Below are positions 24,412-35,191 of a stretch of 64,000 nt of DNA, one piece after another. A program made the position numbers and the translations under genes. This stretch comes from a bacterium. Its GTDB lineage: Bacteria; Verrucomicrobiota; Verrucomicrobiia; Limisphaerales; RI-55. The number at the start of each line of letters is the position of its first letter. Within the stretch, counting starts at the first letter, position 1. The stretch is taken from the NCBI GenBank assembly GCA_031362805.1, contig JANLTG010000126.1, positions 66,426 to 130,425 on the forward strand. The letters run 5' to 3'. The notes beneath the pieces are model-generated. The model was not told where the DNA came from, did no database searches, and saw only the letters and a program-made list of their open reading frames with translations.

Positions 24412-25020
24412 CTATCTGGCCAGGAAGCGCTGCCAGTCGGCAGCGGTATCCACATCTGCCAGGGTCCGTAGAAGTTCAACCGTTAGGCCGGCCGCGCGCG
24501 CGCGTTCCAAGGTCACGGCCAGCACCTGATCGGTACCCCACGGGATGCTGCGGAATAGTTCCGCGTGGCACCTCCGCATTCCAATCAACCAATAGCCGCC
24601 ATCTTCCGCCGGGCCCAGCACGAGGTCGTTCGATGACAACGCCTCACGCGCCTCGCGAAGATCCGCCAGCGTCAGATCGGGGCAATCCGTTCCGATGATC
24701 AGCGTCCGGGCAAAACCAGCCGCCCCACTTTGCAGGACCGCTCGTTCGAGACGCGCCCCGAGATCGCCCTCCCCTTGCGCGGCCAACTCCCAGCTCGCCG
24801 CCGCCCACGGCGACACCTCGGCCGCTGCGTCGTCGGGTGTGTGCCGAAGCTCGACTGCCATGTCGGCCAGCCGGAGGCCGGGCAGCAGGCGATCCAACAA
24901 TTGCCGGTAAGCATCGCAGGCCGCGTCGACGCCGAGCTCTGCCGCCAGCCGGGTTTTGACCGAACCCGGACGCGGGGCGCGCATGAAGATGATGAGTCGT
25001 GTGGGACGCAACGACTTCAC
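24412..25020 (-). CDS. DUF2064 / TIGR04282 CofC-like glycosyltransferase
   Basis: P.PG.VKTRL, QGEGDLGARL, IGTDCP, LGPAEDGGYWLIG, DVDT. Confidence 0.85.
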   Translation of the reverse strand: MKSLRPTRLIIFMRAPRPGSVKTRLAAELGVDAACDAYRQLLDRLLPGLRLADMAVELRHTPDDAAAEVSPWAAASWELAAQGEGDLGARLERAVLQSGAAGFARTLIIGTDCPDLTLADLREAREALSSNDLVLGPAEDGGYWLIGMRRCHAELFRSIPWGTDQVLAVTLERARAAGLTVELLRTLADVDTAADWQRFLAR

Positions 25021-25254
25021 TTAGAGCGGGCGCCGGGAGTGTTCAATCCTCAAGTTGCGCCGCCACCGGGCGCGCGATTGCGGGGCCTGATTGCATGCTG
25101 GATTGCGATGTGCTTTCCTCCCAGTCGTCCACCGACGGCCAGTGCGTGGCGGTCGTTGCTTAAGTGCTGGTTGCCCCAGCTAATCGCGGTGGAGCGGCGG
25201 TCGCGCAGTAGCGCGGTGGTTCCGCAAACTCCCAGCATGAAAGATTGGCCCCTG

Positions 25255-28200
25255 ATGAACGCCTTCAACGCTTCGTTACCCTTGCGTTACGCAAGACTCG
25301 CCCACCTGCTCCTCGCCCTCACCGCCATCGGCACACCTTGTCTCGTTCGAGGACAGAACGTCGTGGGCATCTACCGCGAAGTGTTCACCGGCATCGGGGG
25401 CAGCGCGGTAAGTGACCTGACGAACTCGGTCTACTTCCCGAATGGCGCGACGTCGAGCAACCTCCTGACAACCGCCTTCGAAACGCCGGTCGACTTCGCG
25501 GACGGCTACGGCCAACGACTCCGCGCCGTGCTGGTCGCACCGTTCACGGGCAGCTACACCTTCTATATCTGTAGCGACGACCAAAGCTTTCTTTACCTGA
25601 GCCAGACCGAGAATCCCGCCGGCAAAACGCTCGTGGCCGCTGAGAACCAGTGGAACGGCTCGCGTCAATGGACAACCGCCGAACGCCGCACCAACGCGAC
25701 GGCGTTGTTCCCGGCAATGGATCCCAATCTGCCGGCCAATCGATCGGACTACGCCTACGGAACCATCAACCTGACCGCCGGCCAGCGCTACTTCATCGAG
25801 GCGTTGCAGAAGGAAGGCGGCGGCGGCGACAATCTGAGCCTGGCGTGGATGCGACCGGACGGCGCGGGCGGATTCGTTTTCGAAGGGCCGGTGCCCGCCT
25901 CGCATTTCCGCGCGACCGGGGTGCCCTTTCCGCTCCCGCCGACGATAAACCAGCAACCGGCGAACATCACGGTGGTGGAACGTGAGCCCGCGTCGTTCAG
26001 CGTCGTGGCCTCCAGCCTCGCGCCGATGAACTACCAGTGGCAATTGAATGGAGGAAACATTGGCGGAGCGAACGCCGCGACCTACAACATCCAGGCCGTG
26101 CTGCTCGCGCAGCACAATCAGCGCTACCGCTGCATTGTTTTCAATGACCTCGGCACCAACACCACAGCCGAAGCGGTACTTAATGTGACGCAGGACAACC
26201 AACCGCCGGCCATTCTTCGTGTCGCTAATGAAGGTTTGAACAGGATAGTTGTATTTTTCAGCGAACCGGTTGAAAGCACGAGCGCCTTCGCGATACTTAA
26301 CTACGCTCTATGGGTGAACGGTACTCCGCAGCCCGTCACCCTGTTTGGGCCTCCTACCTTCGTTGACAGCCAACAAAGGATCGTGTCGATACAATCCGCT
26401 CCGTTGACCTCGGGTGGTGCTTATCGTCTTGAAGTAAACAATGTCCGCGATACCGCTGCATCACCAAACACAATTCCAAACTTTTCCACTTACGTTTTTG
26501 TTGCGTCCCCTTACACCCCGTGGTCAGTAGGCGACGCGACCCAGAGCGGCACGGTTACTCCCGTCAGTGGCGGCTACAACCTCAGCGTCACCAGTTCGGG
26601 CATCAGCGGCACTGCGGATCAATTCCTGTTCAACTACCAGCTTCGTACCGGCGACTTTGACCTGAGTACGCGCGTCGAGTCGGTCGGCAATTCGGACGCC
26701 TGGGCGCGCGGTGGCCTGATGGCCCGCGGCACTCTCTCAACGAACAGCCTGTTCGCCGGCGTTTTCGGCACACCCTCGATCAGCGGCATTGTGTTCGCCT
26801 CACGAGCCACGGATGGCGCGACTGCCACGGACACCGGCACGTTTCCGGTAAATTATCCCTACACGTGGGTGCGACTGAAACGCGTGGGCAATGCCTTCAC
26901 CGGCTACGCCAGCTACGATGGCACGACCTGGTATCAAATCGGCAACGCAACATTCACCGCGCCGGCCACGCTTTACGTGGGCATGGCGGCCAGCAGTCGC
27001 AACCCCGCCGCCAGCACACTCGCCGCGTTTCGCGAGGTGGCCAACGTGGTGGGCGGCACAATCTCGACGGTGCCGCCGCGGCTCGAACCGCCAGGGCCCT
27101 CGACCCGCCGCTCCGGCCTGACGATCTCCGAGTTCATGTATCATCCGGCGGATCGCTTGGACCTTCGCGACACCGAGTTTGTCGAGGTGTTCAACTCCCA
27201 GCCTTTCGAGGAAGACCTGAGCGGTTACCGGCTCTCGGGCGACATCGCCTACACGTTTCCGAACGGCACGATCATTCCGGCCGGCGGTTATCTGGTGGTG
27301 GCCCATGTGCCGGCCGATGTGACTGCGGTGTATGGACTGGTCGGCGTGCTGGGTCCGTACACGAGCAAGCTGCCGAATGACCAGGGCTCCGTGCGCTTGC
27401 GCCATCGCAATGGCGAAGTGCTGATCGACATCAACTATCGCTCGGAACTGCCCTGGCCCGTGGCAGCCGATGGTGCCGGTCCTTCGCTGGTGTTGCGCCG
27501 CCCCAGCTACGGCGAGACCCAGTTCGAAGCTTGGGATGCGAGCACGCTCAAGGGCGGCTCACCCGGTCGGATGGATGGAGTGCTCGTCGATGCCTGGCGG
27601 AACGTGGTGATCAACGAATGGCTGGCGCACACGGATCTGCCGCAGGTGGATTTCGTCGAGCTCTACAATCACAGCAATCAGGCGATCAACATCGGCGGCG
27701 CTTACCTCACGGACGATGCCGCGACGAACAAGTTTCGCATCCCGGCCAATACGCCGCCGCTGGCCGCTCGCGGGTTCATTCACTTCACGCAAGCCACGCT
27801 GGGTTTTGCGCTCAGCTCCGGTGGCGAATCGCTTTACCTGATCAGCCCGGACAACCAGCGGGTCATCGACGCGGTGCGCTTCGACGGGCAGGAGAACGGC
27901 TTGAGCACCGGCCGCAGCGGGGACGGCGCGAACGAATTCTCCGAGTTGCAGGCACCCACTCCTGGCACCGCCAACACGGCACCCTTGATCCGCAACGTGG
28001 TGATCAACGAAATCATGTTCCACTCCCTCACCGATGAAGCGCTCGAATATGTCGAGCTGCATAATCGCGCGACGCAACCCGTGAACCTTTCCGGCTGGCG
28101 CTTCGTGGACGGGATCGATTTTGAATTCCCGGCCGGCTCCGCCATTCCCGCCGGTGGCTACCTCACCGTGGGACGCGACATCCTCGCCTTGCGCACGAAT

Positions 28201-31200
28201 TACCCGACGTTGAACGCGGTCAACTCGATCGGCAATTACGGCGGCTCGCTGGCGAATTCCTCGGATCATCTCGCGCTCGCTGCCTGGGACACAGTGGTCA
28301 CCACCAACCTCGATCTCTCGCTCTCGACTAACACCATCTACATCACCGTCGATAAGGCTCGCTACCTCGACGGCGGGCGCTGGGGCAAGTGGACCGACGG
28401 CGACGGCAGCAGCCTCGAATTGCGCGACCCCCACAGCGACAATCGCCGGCCTTCGAACTGGGCTTCCAGCATCGAGACTGCGAAAGCGCCCTGGGTAAAC
28501 ATTGAGCACACCGGCGTGCTGGATCTCGGCCAGGTCGGTGGCGGCCGCACGATCGATGAAGTGCAAGTCATGCTGCTCGGCGCCGGCGAATGCCTCGTGG
28601 ACGACATCGAGGTGTTCCGTCAGGGCGGGCCCAATCTGGTGCCAGACGGCGGCTTCAGCGTCGGCATCGCCGGCTGGTCCATCCAGGGCAATCACGTGGC
28701 GTCGGGATGGAATGCCGCGGAAGGCTTTACCGCAAATGGCAGCCTGCACCTTCGCGCCAGTGGCGGCGGCGACAACGGCGCCAACCGGCTCAAGGTCAAG
28801 CTGACCGAATCGCCAGCCCCTGGTGAGATCGTCACGATCCGCGCCAAAGCCCGCTGGCTGGCGGGCAGCACCAACCTGTTGCTGCGACTGTACGGCAATT
28901 ATCTCGAAGCCTCCGGCACGCTTGCCGCGTCGCCAACCCCGGGCACTCCCGGCCAGCAAAACAGCGTCTTCGTCGCCAACACCGGGCCGGCGATCTGGGA
29001 CGTGACGCACGATCCCATTCTGCCCACGGCCAATCAACCGGTGGTTGTCACTGCCCGCGCGGCTGACCCGGACGGCCTCAATCTTCTCAACCTCCGCTAC
29101 CGCGTTGATCCGGCAGCCACGCAGACCGCAGTGGCCATGCTCGATAACGGAACGGGCGGCGACGCCATCGCTGGGGACGGCGTGTTCAGCGCCACCATTC
29201 CCGGCCAGGCCGCAAATATACTGGTGGCGTTCCACGTCGAGGCCACCGATTCGTTGGCGACCGTTTCCCGTTTCCCAGCTGATGCGCCCGTTCATGAAGC
29301 GTTGGTTCGCTTCGGGGAGTCCGATCCGTTCGGCGCGTTCAGCACCTATCGTTTTTGGATGACCGCCGCCAACATCGCGACGTGGCAAGGCCGTGAGAAC
29401 CTGAGCAACGAGCGGCTCGACATGACCTTCGTCGCCGGCCAATCGCGGGTGATCTACAACGGCGGCATGCGCTATCGCGGCAGCCCGTTTCTCCGACCGG
29501 GCTACAGCGGACCGACCGCCAGCCTGTGCGCTTATGTTTTCAAAGTGCCCGCCGACGATCCGTACATCGGCTTCGAGGAGTTTAACCTCGACTGGCTTGA
29601 GCAACCCGGCCGCGACCCGACGCTGCAACGCGAGAAGATGTCGTTCTGGATCGCGCAACAGATGGGCGTGCCGTTCAGCCATCAACGCTACGTCTACATC
29701 TTCGTGAACGGCGTGCGGCGCGGCCTCGTCTACACCGATTCGCAGGAACCCACTTCGGGCGACTACGTGACGGCGTGGTTCGATGGCGAGGACGACGGCG
29801 AGATCTACAAGATCGACGACTGGTTCGAGTTTAACGACACCCCCAACCGGGAGTTCAACGTGGACGGCACGCTCCAGAACTTCACGACGGGCAACGGCAC
29901 GAAGAAACAGGCGCGCTATCGCTGGAGCTGGGAAAAGAAATCCAACGGCGGGCTCAACGACGACTACCGCTCGCTCTTCAGTCTCGTCGATGCGCTGAAC
30001 GAACCCGACCCGGTCGCCCACACGCAATCGGTCAGTTCGTTGATCGATCTCGAACAATGGCTCCGCGTGTTTTTTGTCCGCCACATGGTCGGCGACTGGG
30101 ACGGCTACAGCTACAGCCGGGGCAAGAACATGACGACCTACCGCGTGCCCGATGGGCTGTTCCACATGCTCATGTGGGACATGGATTTTTCGCTCGGCGG
30201 CGGCAGCCACGCGCCCAACACGAGTATGTATGTGGCGGGTGACCCCACCATGAGCCGTTTCCTGAATCATCCGCCGTTCAATCGGCTCTACCTGCAGATC
30301 ATGAAGGAAGGCGCGAATGGCCCGCTGCAAGCCGCGAAGATCGAGCCGGTGATGGACGACATCTATCGCGCCTTCCAGGAAAGCTTCGTCGGCGTGGCTA
30401 ATCCGTCACCGATCAAGACCTGGGTGCAGCAACGACGCGACTTCATCGCCGCCACCGCGGCCAACGCCGAAGCGAACTTCGCGATCACCAGCAACAACGG
30501 CAATAATTTCAGCGTCGGCCAGAACCTGTTGCAACTCGACGGCACCGCGCCCCTCGACGTCCGCACGATCACGGTCAACGGCAACGCCATCCCGGTTACG
30601 TGGATCACGGTCAATCAATGGCGCGCGGGGATTCCGTTGGCGGCGGGCGCCAACAACCTCACGATCGGCGGGCTGGATCGCAATGGCCTGCCCGTCGGCG
30701 GCGCAAGCGATACCATCACGGTGACCTTCACCGGCACGGCCGATTCCGCTGTGGGAAATTTGATCATCAGCGAGATTATGTACAATCCCGCCACGCCGGC
30801 GTCTTCGTTCGTCGAACTGCTCAACCGCTCGACCACCACCGCGTTCAATCTGACCGGCCACCGCATGAACGGCGTCGACTTTGTGTTTCCGTCGGGAACG
30901 GTGATCGCCCCGGGCGCACACCTGTTGCTGGCGAAAAACCTCACCGTGTTCTCCACAACCTACGGCTACGATATTCCCGTGGCGGGAGTTTATGGCGGCG
31001 AGTTGGACAACGGCGGCGAGACGATCAGCCTCGTCAGGACTAACGCGAACCCCGTGCTGGATCTGGTGATCGACACCGCCCGCTATGACAACCAATTGCC
31101 GTGGCCGCTGGCGGCGAATGGGCTGGGTTCCTCACTCCAATTGCGCGACCTCGCACGCGACAACAACCGCATCGGCAACTGGGCCGCTGCGCCGGTCATT

Positions 31201-32907
31201 CCGGAGACGAACGACGTCGAGGTCGTGAGCTTCACCAATGTGTGGCGCTACAACCAGGCCGGGGTCGATCTCGGCACCACGTGGAAGGACACCGGCTTCA
31301 ATGACACCGCCTGGCCCGCCGGCCGCGCGTTGCTCTACAACGAAACATCGCCCATGCCGGTGCCCACGAACACGCTGCTGGCGCTTGGACCAAACACGTT
31401 CTATTTCCGCACCAAGTTTACCAACGACCTGCCTGCGAACACCGCGAAGTCGCTGGTATTGCGGGCGGTCATCGACGACGGCGTCGTGATCTACCTGAAC
31501 GGCAGCGAGCTTCACCGGCTGCGCCTGACCGGCAATCCGGTGCTGTTCACCGAGCCGGCGTCGCCGTCCGTGACGGAGGCCATCATCGAAGGTGCGTTCG
31601 AGTTTCCAGCAACCTTGTTGTTGCCGGGCGAGAACGTCCTTGCCGCCGAAGTCCACCAGCCCGGCGCGCCAAGTTCCGACATCGTCTTCGGGCTCGAGCT
31701 AAAAATCCGCGAAGTGCAATCCGGCCCCTACACCCCTGGCGCCGCCAACTACACCACGCTGACGTTGCCGGAGTTCCCGTTGGTATGGATCAACGAAGTC
31801 CAACCGAGCAACACCACCGGCCCGCTCGATAACGCCGGCGAGCGCGAGCCCTGGCTGGAACTCTACAACTCGGGTGCCTCCGTTGTGGATCTCGCCGGTC
31901 TGTTTCTCTCCGACGATTATCTGAACCTGACCAAGTGGACTTTCCCCGCCGGTGCCTCGATCAATCCCGGACAGTGGAAAATGGTCTGGCTCGACGGCGA
32001 ACCGGGCGAAACGTCCGGGCAAACTTTTCACACCGGCTTCCGACTTGCCGCGAGCGTGTCCGGTGGCCTTGCGCTCACGCGGGTTGTCGGCGGCCGCAAC
32101 ATCGTGCTCGACTACCTCGACTTCTACAACGTGACGGCGAACCGCGCTTACGGCTTGTTCCCCGACGGCGCACAATATCAGGGCACCGGGCTTTTCAACG
32201 CAACGCCCGGCTCCGCCAACAACGCGACCTTCCCGTTGGTCAACGTCGTCATCAACGAGTGGATGGCCGATAACAAACGACTGCCCAACCCAATCGGTGG
32301 AACGTTCGACGACTGGTTCGAGCTCTACAACGCCGGCGCGTCGATCGTGAATCTTTCGGGCTATTTCCTGACCGACAATCTCGCTGACACCGACAAATGG
32401 GCGATTCCGGCGGGCACGACGATCCCGGCCGGTGGCTACTTGCTGGTCTGGGCCGACGGCAAGGACACGCTGGACACCGCGCCGCTGCACACCGCCTTCA
32501 GCCTCAACGCCAACGGCGAGGCGATCGGCCTCTTCGCCCCGGACGGCAGCGAAGTGGACTCCGTGGTTTTTGGAGCGCAAGCCGAAGACATCTCGCAGGG
32601 CAATTTTCCCAACGGCCCGACCGGCGGAGTTTCGTTCCTGAGCAAGGCCACGCCCGCCGCCGCCAATCTGCATCAACCGCCCGTGTTCGTTCCCGACAGC
32701 GTCGTGCGCCAGCCCAACGGCTGGACCACCGTCGAATGGAATGCCGAGGTGAACCGCACCTACAAGGTTCGTTACAAGGACGACCTCAACGCCACGAGTT
32801 GGCTGCTGCTCGGCCAGGTGGTGGCGACGAGCCCGCTCAAGTCGGTGACGGACACCACGTCCGCCGGCGTGCCGAAGCGCTTTTACCTGATCGAACTGGT
32901 GCCGTAA
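25255..32907 (+). CDS. Giant secreted multidomain protein (PA14, Ig-like, several lamin-tail domains, CotH kinase-like domain)
   Basis: Signal peptide; PA14 (SDD, KEGGGGDNL); repeated INE...DF/YVELYN lamin-tail motifs; CotH-like RGS, LQREK, DWDGY, WDMD. Start at 25237 or 25255. Confidence 0.85.
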   Translation: MNAFNASLPLRYARLAHLLLALTAIGTPCLVRGQNVVGIYREVFTGIGGSAVSDLTNSVYFPNGATSSNLLTTAFETPVDFADGYGQRLRAVLVAPFTGSYTFYICSDDQSFLYLSQTENPAGKTLVAAENQWNGSRQWTTAERRTNATALFPAMDPNLPANRSDYAYGTINLTAGQRYFIEALQKEGGGGDNLSLAWMRPDGAGGFVFEGPVPASHFRATGVPFPLPPTINQQPANITVVEREPASFSVVASSLAPMNYQWQLNGGNIGGANAATYNIQAVLLAQHNQRYRCIVFNDLGTNTTAEAVLNVTQDNQPPAILRVANEGLNRIVVFFSEPVESTSAFAILNYALWVNGTPQPVTLFGPPTFVDSQQRIVSIQSAPLTSGGAYRLEVNNVRDTAASPNTIPNFSTYVFVASPYTPWSVGDATQSGTVTPVSGGYNLSVTSSGISGTADQFLFNYQLRTGDFDLSTRVESVGNSDAWARGGLMARGTLSTNSLFAGVFGTPSISGIVFASRATDGATATDTGTFPVNYPYTWVRLKRVGNAFTGYASYDGTTWYQIGNATFTAPATLYVGMAASSRNPAASTLAAFREVANVVGGTISTVPPRLEPPGPSTRRSGLTISEFMYHPADRLDLRDTEFVEVFNSQPFEEDLSGYRLSGDIAYTFPNGTIIPAGGYLVVAHVPADVTAVYGLVGVLGPYTSKLPNDQGSVRLRHRNGEVLIDINYRSELPWPVAADGAGPSLVLRRPSYGETQFEAWDASTLKGGSPGRMDGVLVDAWRNVVINEWLAHTDLPQVDFVELYNHSNQAINIGGAYLTDDAATNKFRIPANTPPLAARGFIHFTQATLGFALSSGGESLYLISPDNQRVIDAVRFDGQENGLSTGRSGDGANEFSELQAPTPGTANTAPLIRNVVINEIMFHSLTDEALEYVELHNRATQPVNLSGWRFVDGIDFEFPAGSAIPAGGYLTVGRDILALRTNYPTLNAVNSIGNYGGSLANSSDHLALAAWDTVVTTNLDLSLSTNTIYITVDKARYLDGGRWGKWTDGDGSSLELRDPHSDNRRPSNWASSIETAKAPWVNIEHTGVLDLGQVGGGRTIDEVQVMLLGAGECLVDDIEVFRQGGPNLVPDGGFSVGIAGWSIQGNHVASGWNAAEGFTANGSLHLRASGGGDNGANRLKVKLTESPAPGEIVTIRAKARWLAGSTNLLLRLYGNYLEASGTLAASPTPGTPGQQNSVFVANTGPAIWDVTHDPILPTANQPVVVTARAADPDGLNLLNLRYRVDPAATQTAVAMLDNGTGGDAIAGDGVFSATIPGQAANILVAFHVEATDSLATVSRFPADAPVHEALVRFGESDPFGAFSTYRFWMTAANIATWQGRENLSNERLDMTFVAGQSRVIYNGGMRYRGSPFLRPGYSGPTASLCAYVFKVPADDPYIGFEEFNLDWLEQPGRDPTLQREKMSFWIAQQMGVPFSHQRYVYIFVNGVRRGLVYTDSQEPTSGDYVTAWFDGEDDGEIYKIDDWFEFNDTPNREFNVDGTLQNFTTGNGTKKQARYRWSWEKKSNGGLNDDYRSLFSLVDALNEPDPVAHTQSVSSLIDLEQWLRVFFVRHMVGDWDGYSYSRGKNMTTYRVPDGLFHMLMWDMDFSLGGGSHAPNTSMYVAGDPTMSRFLNHPPFNRLYLQIMKEGANGPLQAAKIEPVMDDIYRAFQESFVGVANPSPIKTWVQQRRDFIAATAANAEANFAITSNNGNNFSVGQNLLQLDGTAPLDVRTITVNGNAIPVTWITVNQWRAGIPLAAGANNLTIGGLDRNGLPVGGASDTITVTFTGTADSAVGNLIISEIMYNPATPASSFVELLNRSTTTAFNLTGHRMNGVDFVFPSGTVIAPGAHLLLAKNLTVFSTTYGYDIPVAGVYGGELDNGGETISLVRTNANPVLDLVIDTARYDNQLPWPLAANGLGSSLQLRDLARDNNRIGNWAAAPVIPETNDVEVVSFTNVWRYNQAGVDLGTTWKDTGFNDTAWPAGRALLYNETSPMPVPTNTLLALGPNTFYFRTKFTNDLPANTAKSLVLRAVIDDGVVIYLNGSELHRLRLTGNPVLFTEPASPSVTEAIIEGAFEFPATLLLPGENVLAAEVHQPGAPSSDIVFGLELKIREVQSGPYTPGAANYTTLTLPEFPLVWINEVQPSNTTGPLDNAGEREPWLELYNSGASVVDLAGLFLSDDYLNLTKWTFPAGASINPGQWKMVWLDGEPGETSGQTFHTGFRLAASVSGGLALTRVVGGRNIVLDYLDFYNVTANRAYGLFPDGAQYQGTGLFNATPGSANNATFPLVNVVINEWMADNKRLPNPIGGTFDDWFELYNAGASIVNLSGYFLTDNLADTDKWAIPAGTTIPAGGYLLVWADGKDTLDTAPLHTAFSLNANGEAIGLFAPDGSEVDSVVFGAQAEDISQGNFPNGPTGGVSFLSKATPAAANLHQPPVFVPDSVVRQPNGWTTVEWNAEVNRTYKVRYKDDLNATSWLLLGQVVATSPLKSVTDTTSAGVPKRFYLIELVP

Positions 32908-33057
32908 GTAGGCGGAGTGCCGGCCTGCGGCCCGGCGTGTCTTGAGCGCGTGGCGGCTGCCGTTTTGGAAATCGGCACTCCCGCGTGTTCTCTTCCTCCT
33001 CTTCCCACCCGATGCTTGCCGGTTGCTCCCGATTCCGGGTAGTGTGCGGGCACAAAG

Positions 33058-33627
33058 ATGAACGCGGAGAACTCGCAGCCCACACAACTTGTCCCGGCCG
33101 AGCACGTCGAGCAACTGATCCATCTGGTGCGCGGCGAGAAGGTGCTGCTGGATGCCGACCTGGCGAGGCTTTATGGCGTTACTACTGGGAATTTGAACAA
33201 AGCCGCCAGACGAAACCACGACAGATTCCCTCCGGACTTCATGTTCCAGCTTTCGGATGAAGAGGCCGGAGCTTTGATATTCCAATCTGGAAGATCAAAG
33301 CGACGCGGTGGCAGCCGTCACAATCCCTACGCCTTCACCGAGCAGGGCGTGGCGATGCTCTCCAGCGTATTGCGCAGCGACCGGGCCGTGCAGGTGAACA
33401 TCGCCATTATGCGGGCGTTCGTGAGTCTACGCCGGATCCTCGCCTCCAACGAAACCCTCGCCCGCAAGCTCGCCGAAATGGAGCGCCAGCTTGAAGGTCA
33501 CGATCAAGCCATCAAGTCCCTCTTCGCTGCGATTCGCGAATTGATGACGCCGCCCACCACGCCCGACCGCGAGATCGGCTTCCACGTCAAAGAGGACAAG
33601 GCCGCCTATCGGACGAAACGGAAGTGA
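33058..33627 (+). CDS. ORF6N-domain DNA-binding protein
   Basis: RGEKVLLDADLARLYGVTT, RFPPDFMFQL, PYAFTEQGVAMLSSVLRS, IGF. Confidence 0.92.
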   Translation: MNAENSQPTQLVPAEHVEQLIHLVRGEKVLLDADLARLYGVTTGNLNKAARRNHDRFPPDFMFQLSDEEAGALIFQSGRSKRRGGSRHNPYAFTEQGVAMLSSVLRSDRAVQVNIAIMRAFVSLRRILASNETLARKLAEMERQLEGHDQAIKSLFAAIRELMTPPTTPDREIGFHVKEDKAAYRTKRK

Positions 33628-33719
33628 ACGAACTCTGAACCGCCCAGGTTCGTCCTGTGTCGCCCCTTCCATCGCCAGAATAGTTGGCTCTCTGCCTGCC
33701 GGTTCGCTCACGCTGCGGA

Positions 33720-33992
33720 TCAAACATCAGGCGACCACGTCGGCCGGTAATCGATCATGTCCAGGACGTCGCCGGTCAGGCGACACCGCAGAAGCAACCG
33801 CGTCCCGCCGCCCCGGAGATCGCGTTGATCCAGCATTTGATCGGCGCCGATCAACAGTTCCGCCTCACCCAATCGCTCCTCGTATTCGGCCTGCGTGAGC
33901 AGACCGCGCTCGCGATCAGCGAGGAGCGTGTACAGCGTTTCACGAAGTTCAGCGCGATTCGTCCGCGTCGGTTGCATTTCATGCGAGGTCAT
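33720..33992 (-). CDS. Small hypothetical protein with a SHOCT-like motif
   Basis: GGAG RBS upstream of the ATG; L...RERGLLTQAEYEERL. Confidence 0.5.
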   Translation of the reverse strand: MTSHEMQPTRTNRAELRETLYTLLADRERGLLTQAEYEERLGEAELLIGADQMLDQRDLRGGGTRLLLRCRLTGDVLDMIDYRPTWSPDV

Positions 33993-34119
33993 AGCTTGTT
34001 CTCCAGTCGGGTTGGTTATTCTGGGTACCATTCTTGGCAACCTCGCGCTGCAAGTTGGTGACGAATTCCGGAAAACTCTGTGACTTCCGCGGAGGTGAAA
34101 GGCCGCAACGTGAAACAGC

Positions 34120-34194
34120 TACGGGCACGACCTGCTCAGCCAGCGGACGGCGACGGGCACGGTGCATTTCTACGGGTAAGACGGGCAGGGAAGC
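34120..34194 (+). pseudogene. Decayed RHS-core remnant, in frame with the downstream RHS ORF
   Basis: Translates YGHDLLSQRTATGTVHFYG*DGQGS, with TAA at 34177-34179 where Tyr is expected. Confidence 0.75.
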
Positions 34195-35181
34195 GTGCGG
34201 ACGCTGTTCGATTCGACCGGCGCGGTGACGGACACGTATGTGTACGACGCGTGGGGCAAACTGGTGACGACGGAAAGCACGACGCCCACGGCCAACCACT
34301 ACCGCTACACCGGCGAGCAATGGGACAACGACCTGGGGATGTATTACCTGCGGGCGCGGTATTACCGGGCGGAGAACGGCCGGTTCTGGACGATGGATAG
34401 CTTCGAGGGCAGCCAGAGCGATCCGTTGAGCCTGCACAAATACCTCTATGCGCATGCCAACCCGGTGAACGGAGTCGATCCGACCGGGCATGAGTTCAAC
34501 TTAGTGAGTACGCTTACAACCGCAGGGAAGATTGGTTACCTCAGCGGACGAACCGCGTTCACGGTTCTAAACGCTTATAGCCGTGCCTCCTCGACGCTTG
34601 GTGCGATTCAAGATCTGGCCATGGTGACCGAACTGGTCGCCGATGGGGTTGACGATGAGGATTCAGAAATTTTGGCTGAACTTATATTCGGTTTTGCGCA
34701 GGAGCGGGTAGTCTCGGCCGGCATTGCAATCGTTGTGGGTGTAGGTGGTAAGGTGATCGCCACCACCGCTTCACGGTTGAGCGGAACGGTGTCTCGTGAA
34801 GCCATTAGGCGAACCCGTGACTGGTATCGGAGCCACAAGGCCAATTGGGCAGGCAAGACCAGAAGAACTAGCGCGGGCGACGTGCCATACGATCAACACG
34901 GTTGGCCGGATTTCTCACAATACTTGCGGCAGGGCGGAATCAACACCGTGAAGATACGGCTCGCGGGCAGCAGGGCTAAGGACTTTGAGCTGGCAGACCA
35001 GGCGGCAAACGTTAGCGAGGCATGGAGGAAGGCAAATGGATACGTTTGGCATCATCATCAGAAACTTGGTACCATGCAGCTCGTGAAGAAGAGCGCTCAC
35101 AATGTTGCGGATGGCGGTGCGCCGCACGCAGGTGGCGTTGCGATCTTCAAGCGACTATACGGTTATGGCTACGACGATTAA
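34195..35181 (+). CDS. Orphan RHS repeat-associated core with a C-terminal WHH-type HNH nuclease toxin
   Basis: YDAWG, YTGEQWD, YYLRARYY, GRFWTMD, YLYAHANPVNGVDPTG; tip contains GWPDF, WHHH, MQLV, H, PHAGG. Confidence 0.88.
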   Translation: MRTLFDSTGAVTDTYVYDAWGKLVTTESTTPTANHYRYTGEQWDNDLGMYYLRARYYRAENGRFWTMDSFEGSQSDPLSLHKYLYAHANPVNGVDPTGHEFNLVSTLTTAGKIGYLSGRTAFTVLNAYSRASSTLGAIQDLAMVTELVADGVDDEDSEILAELIFGFAQERVVSAGIAIVVGVGGKVIATTASRLSGTVSREAIRRTRDWYRSHKANWAGKTRRTSAGDVPYDQHGWPDFSQYLRQGGINTVKIRLAGSRAKDFELADQAANVSEAWRKANGYVWHHHQKLGTMQLVKKSAHNVADGGAPHAGGVAIFKRLYGYGYDD

Positions 35182-35191
35182 TCTGCACAGC

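Noticed and set aside
24730-25236. 5' extension of the 2725-aa ORF
   Set aside because: It overlaps the opposite-strand glycosyltransferase gene; the signal peptide begins near 25255.
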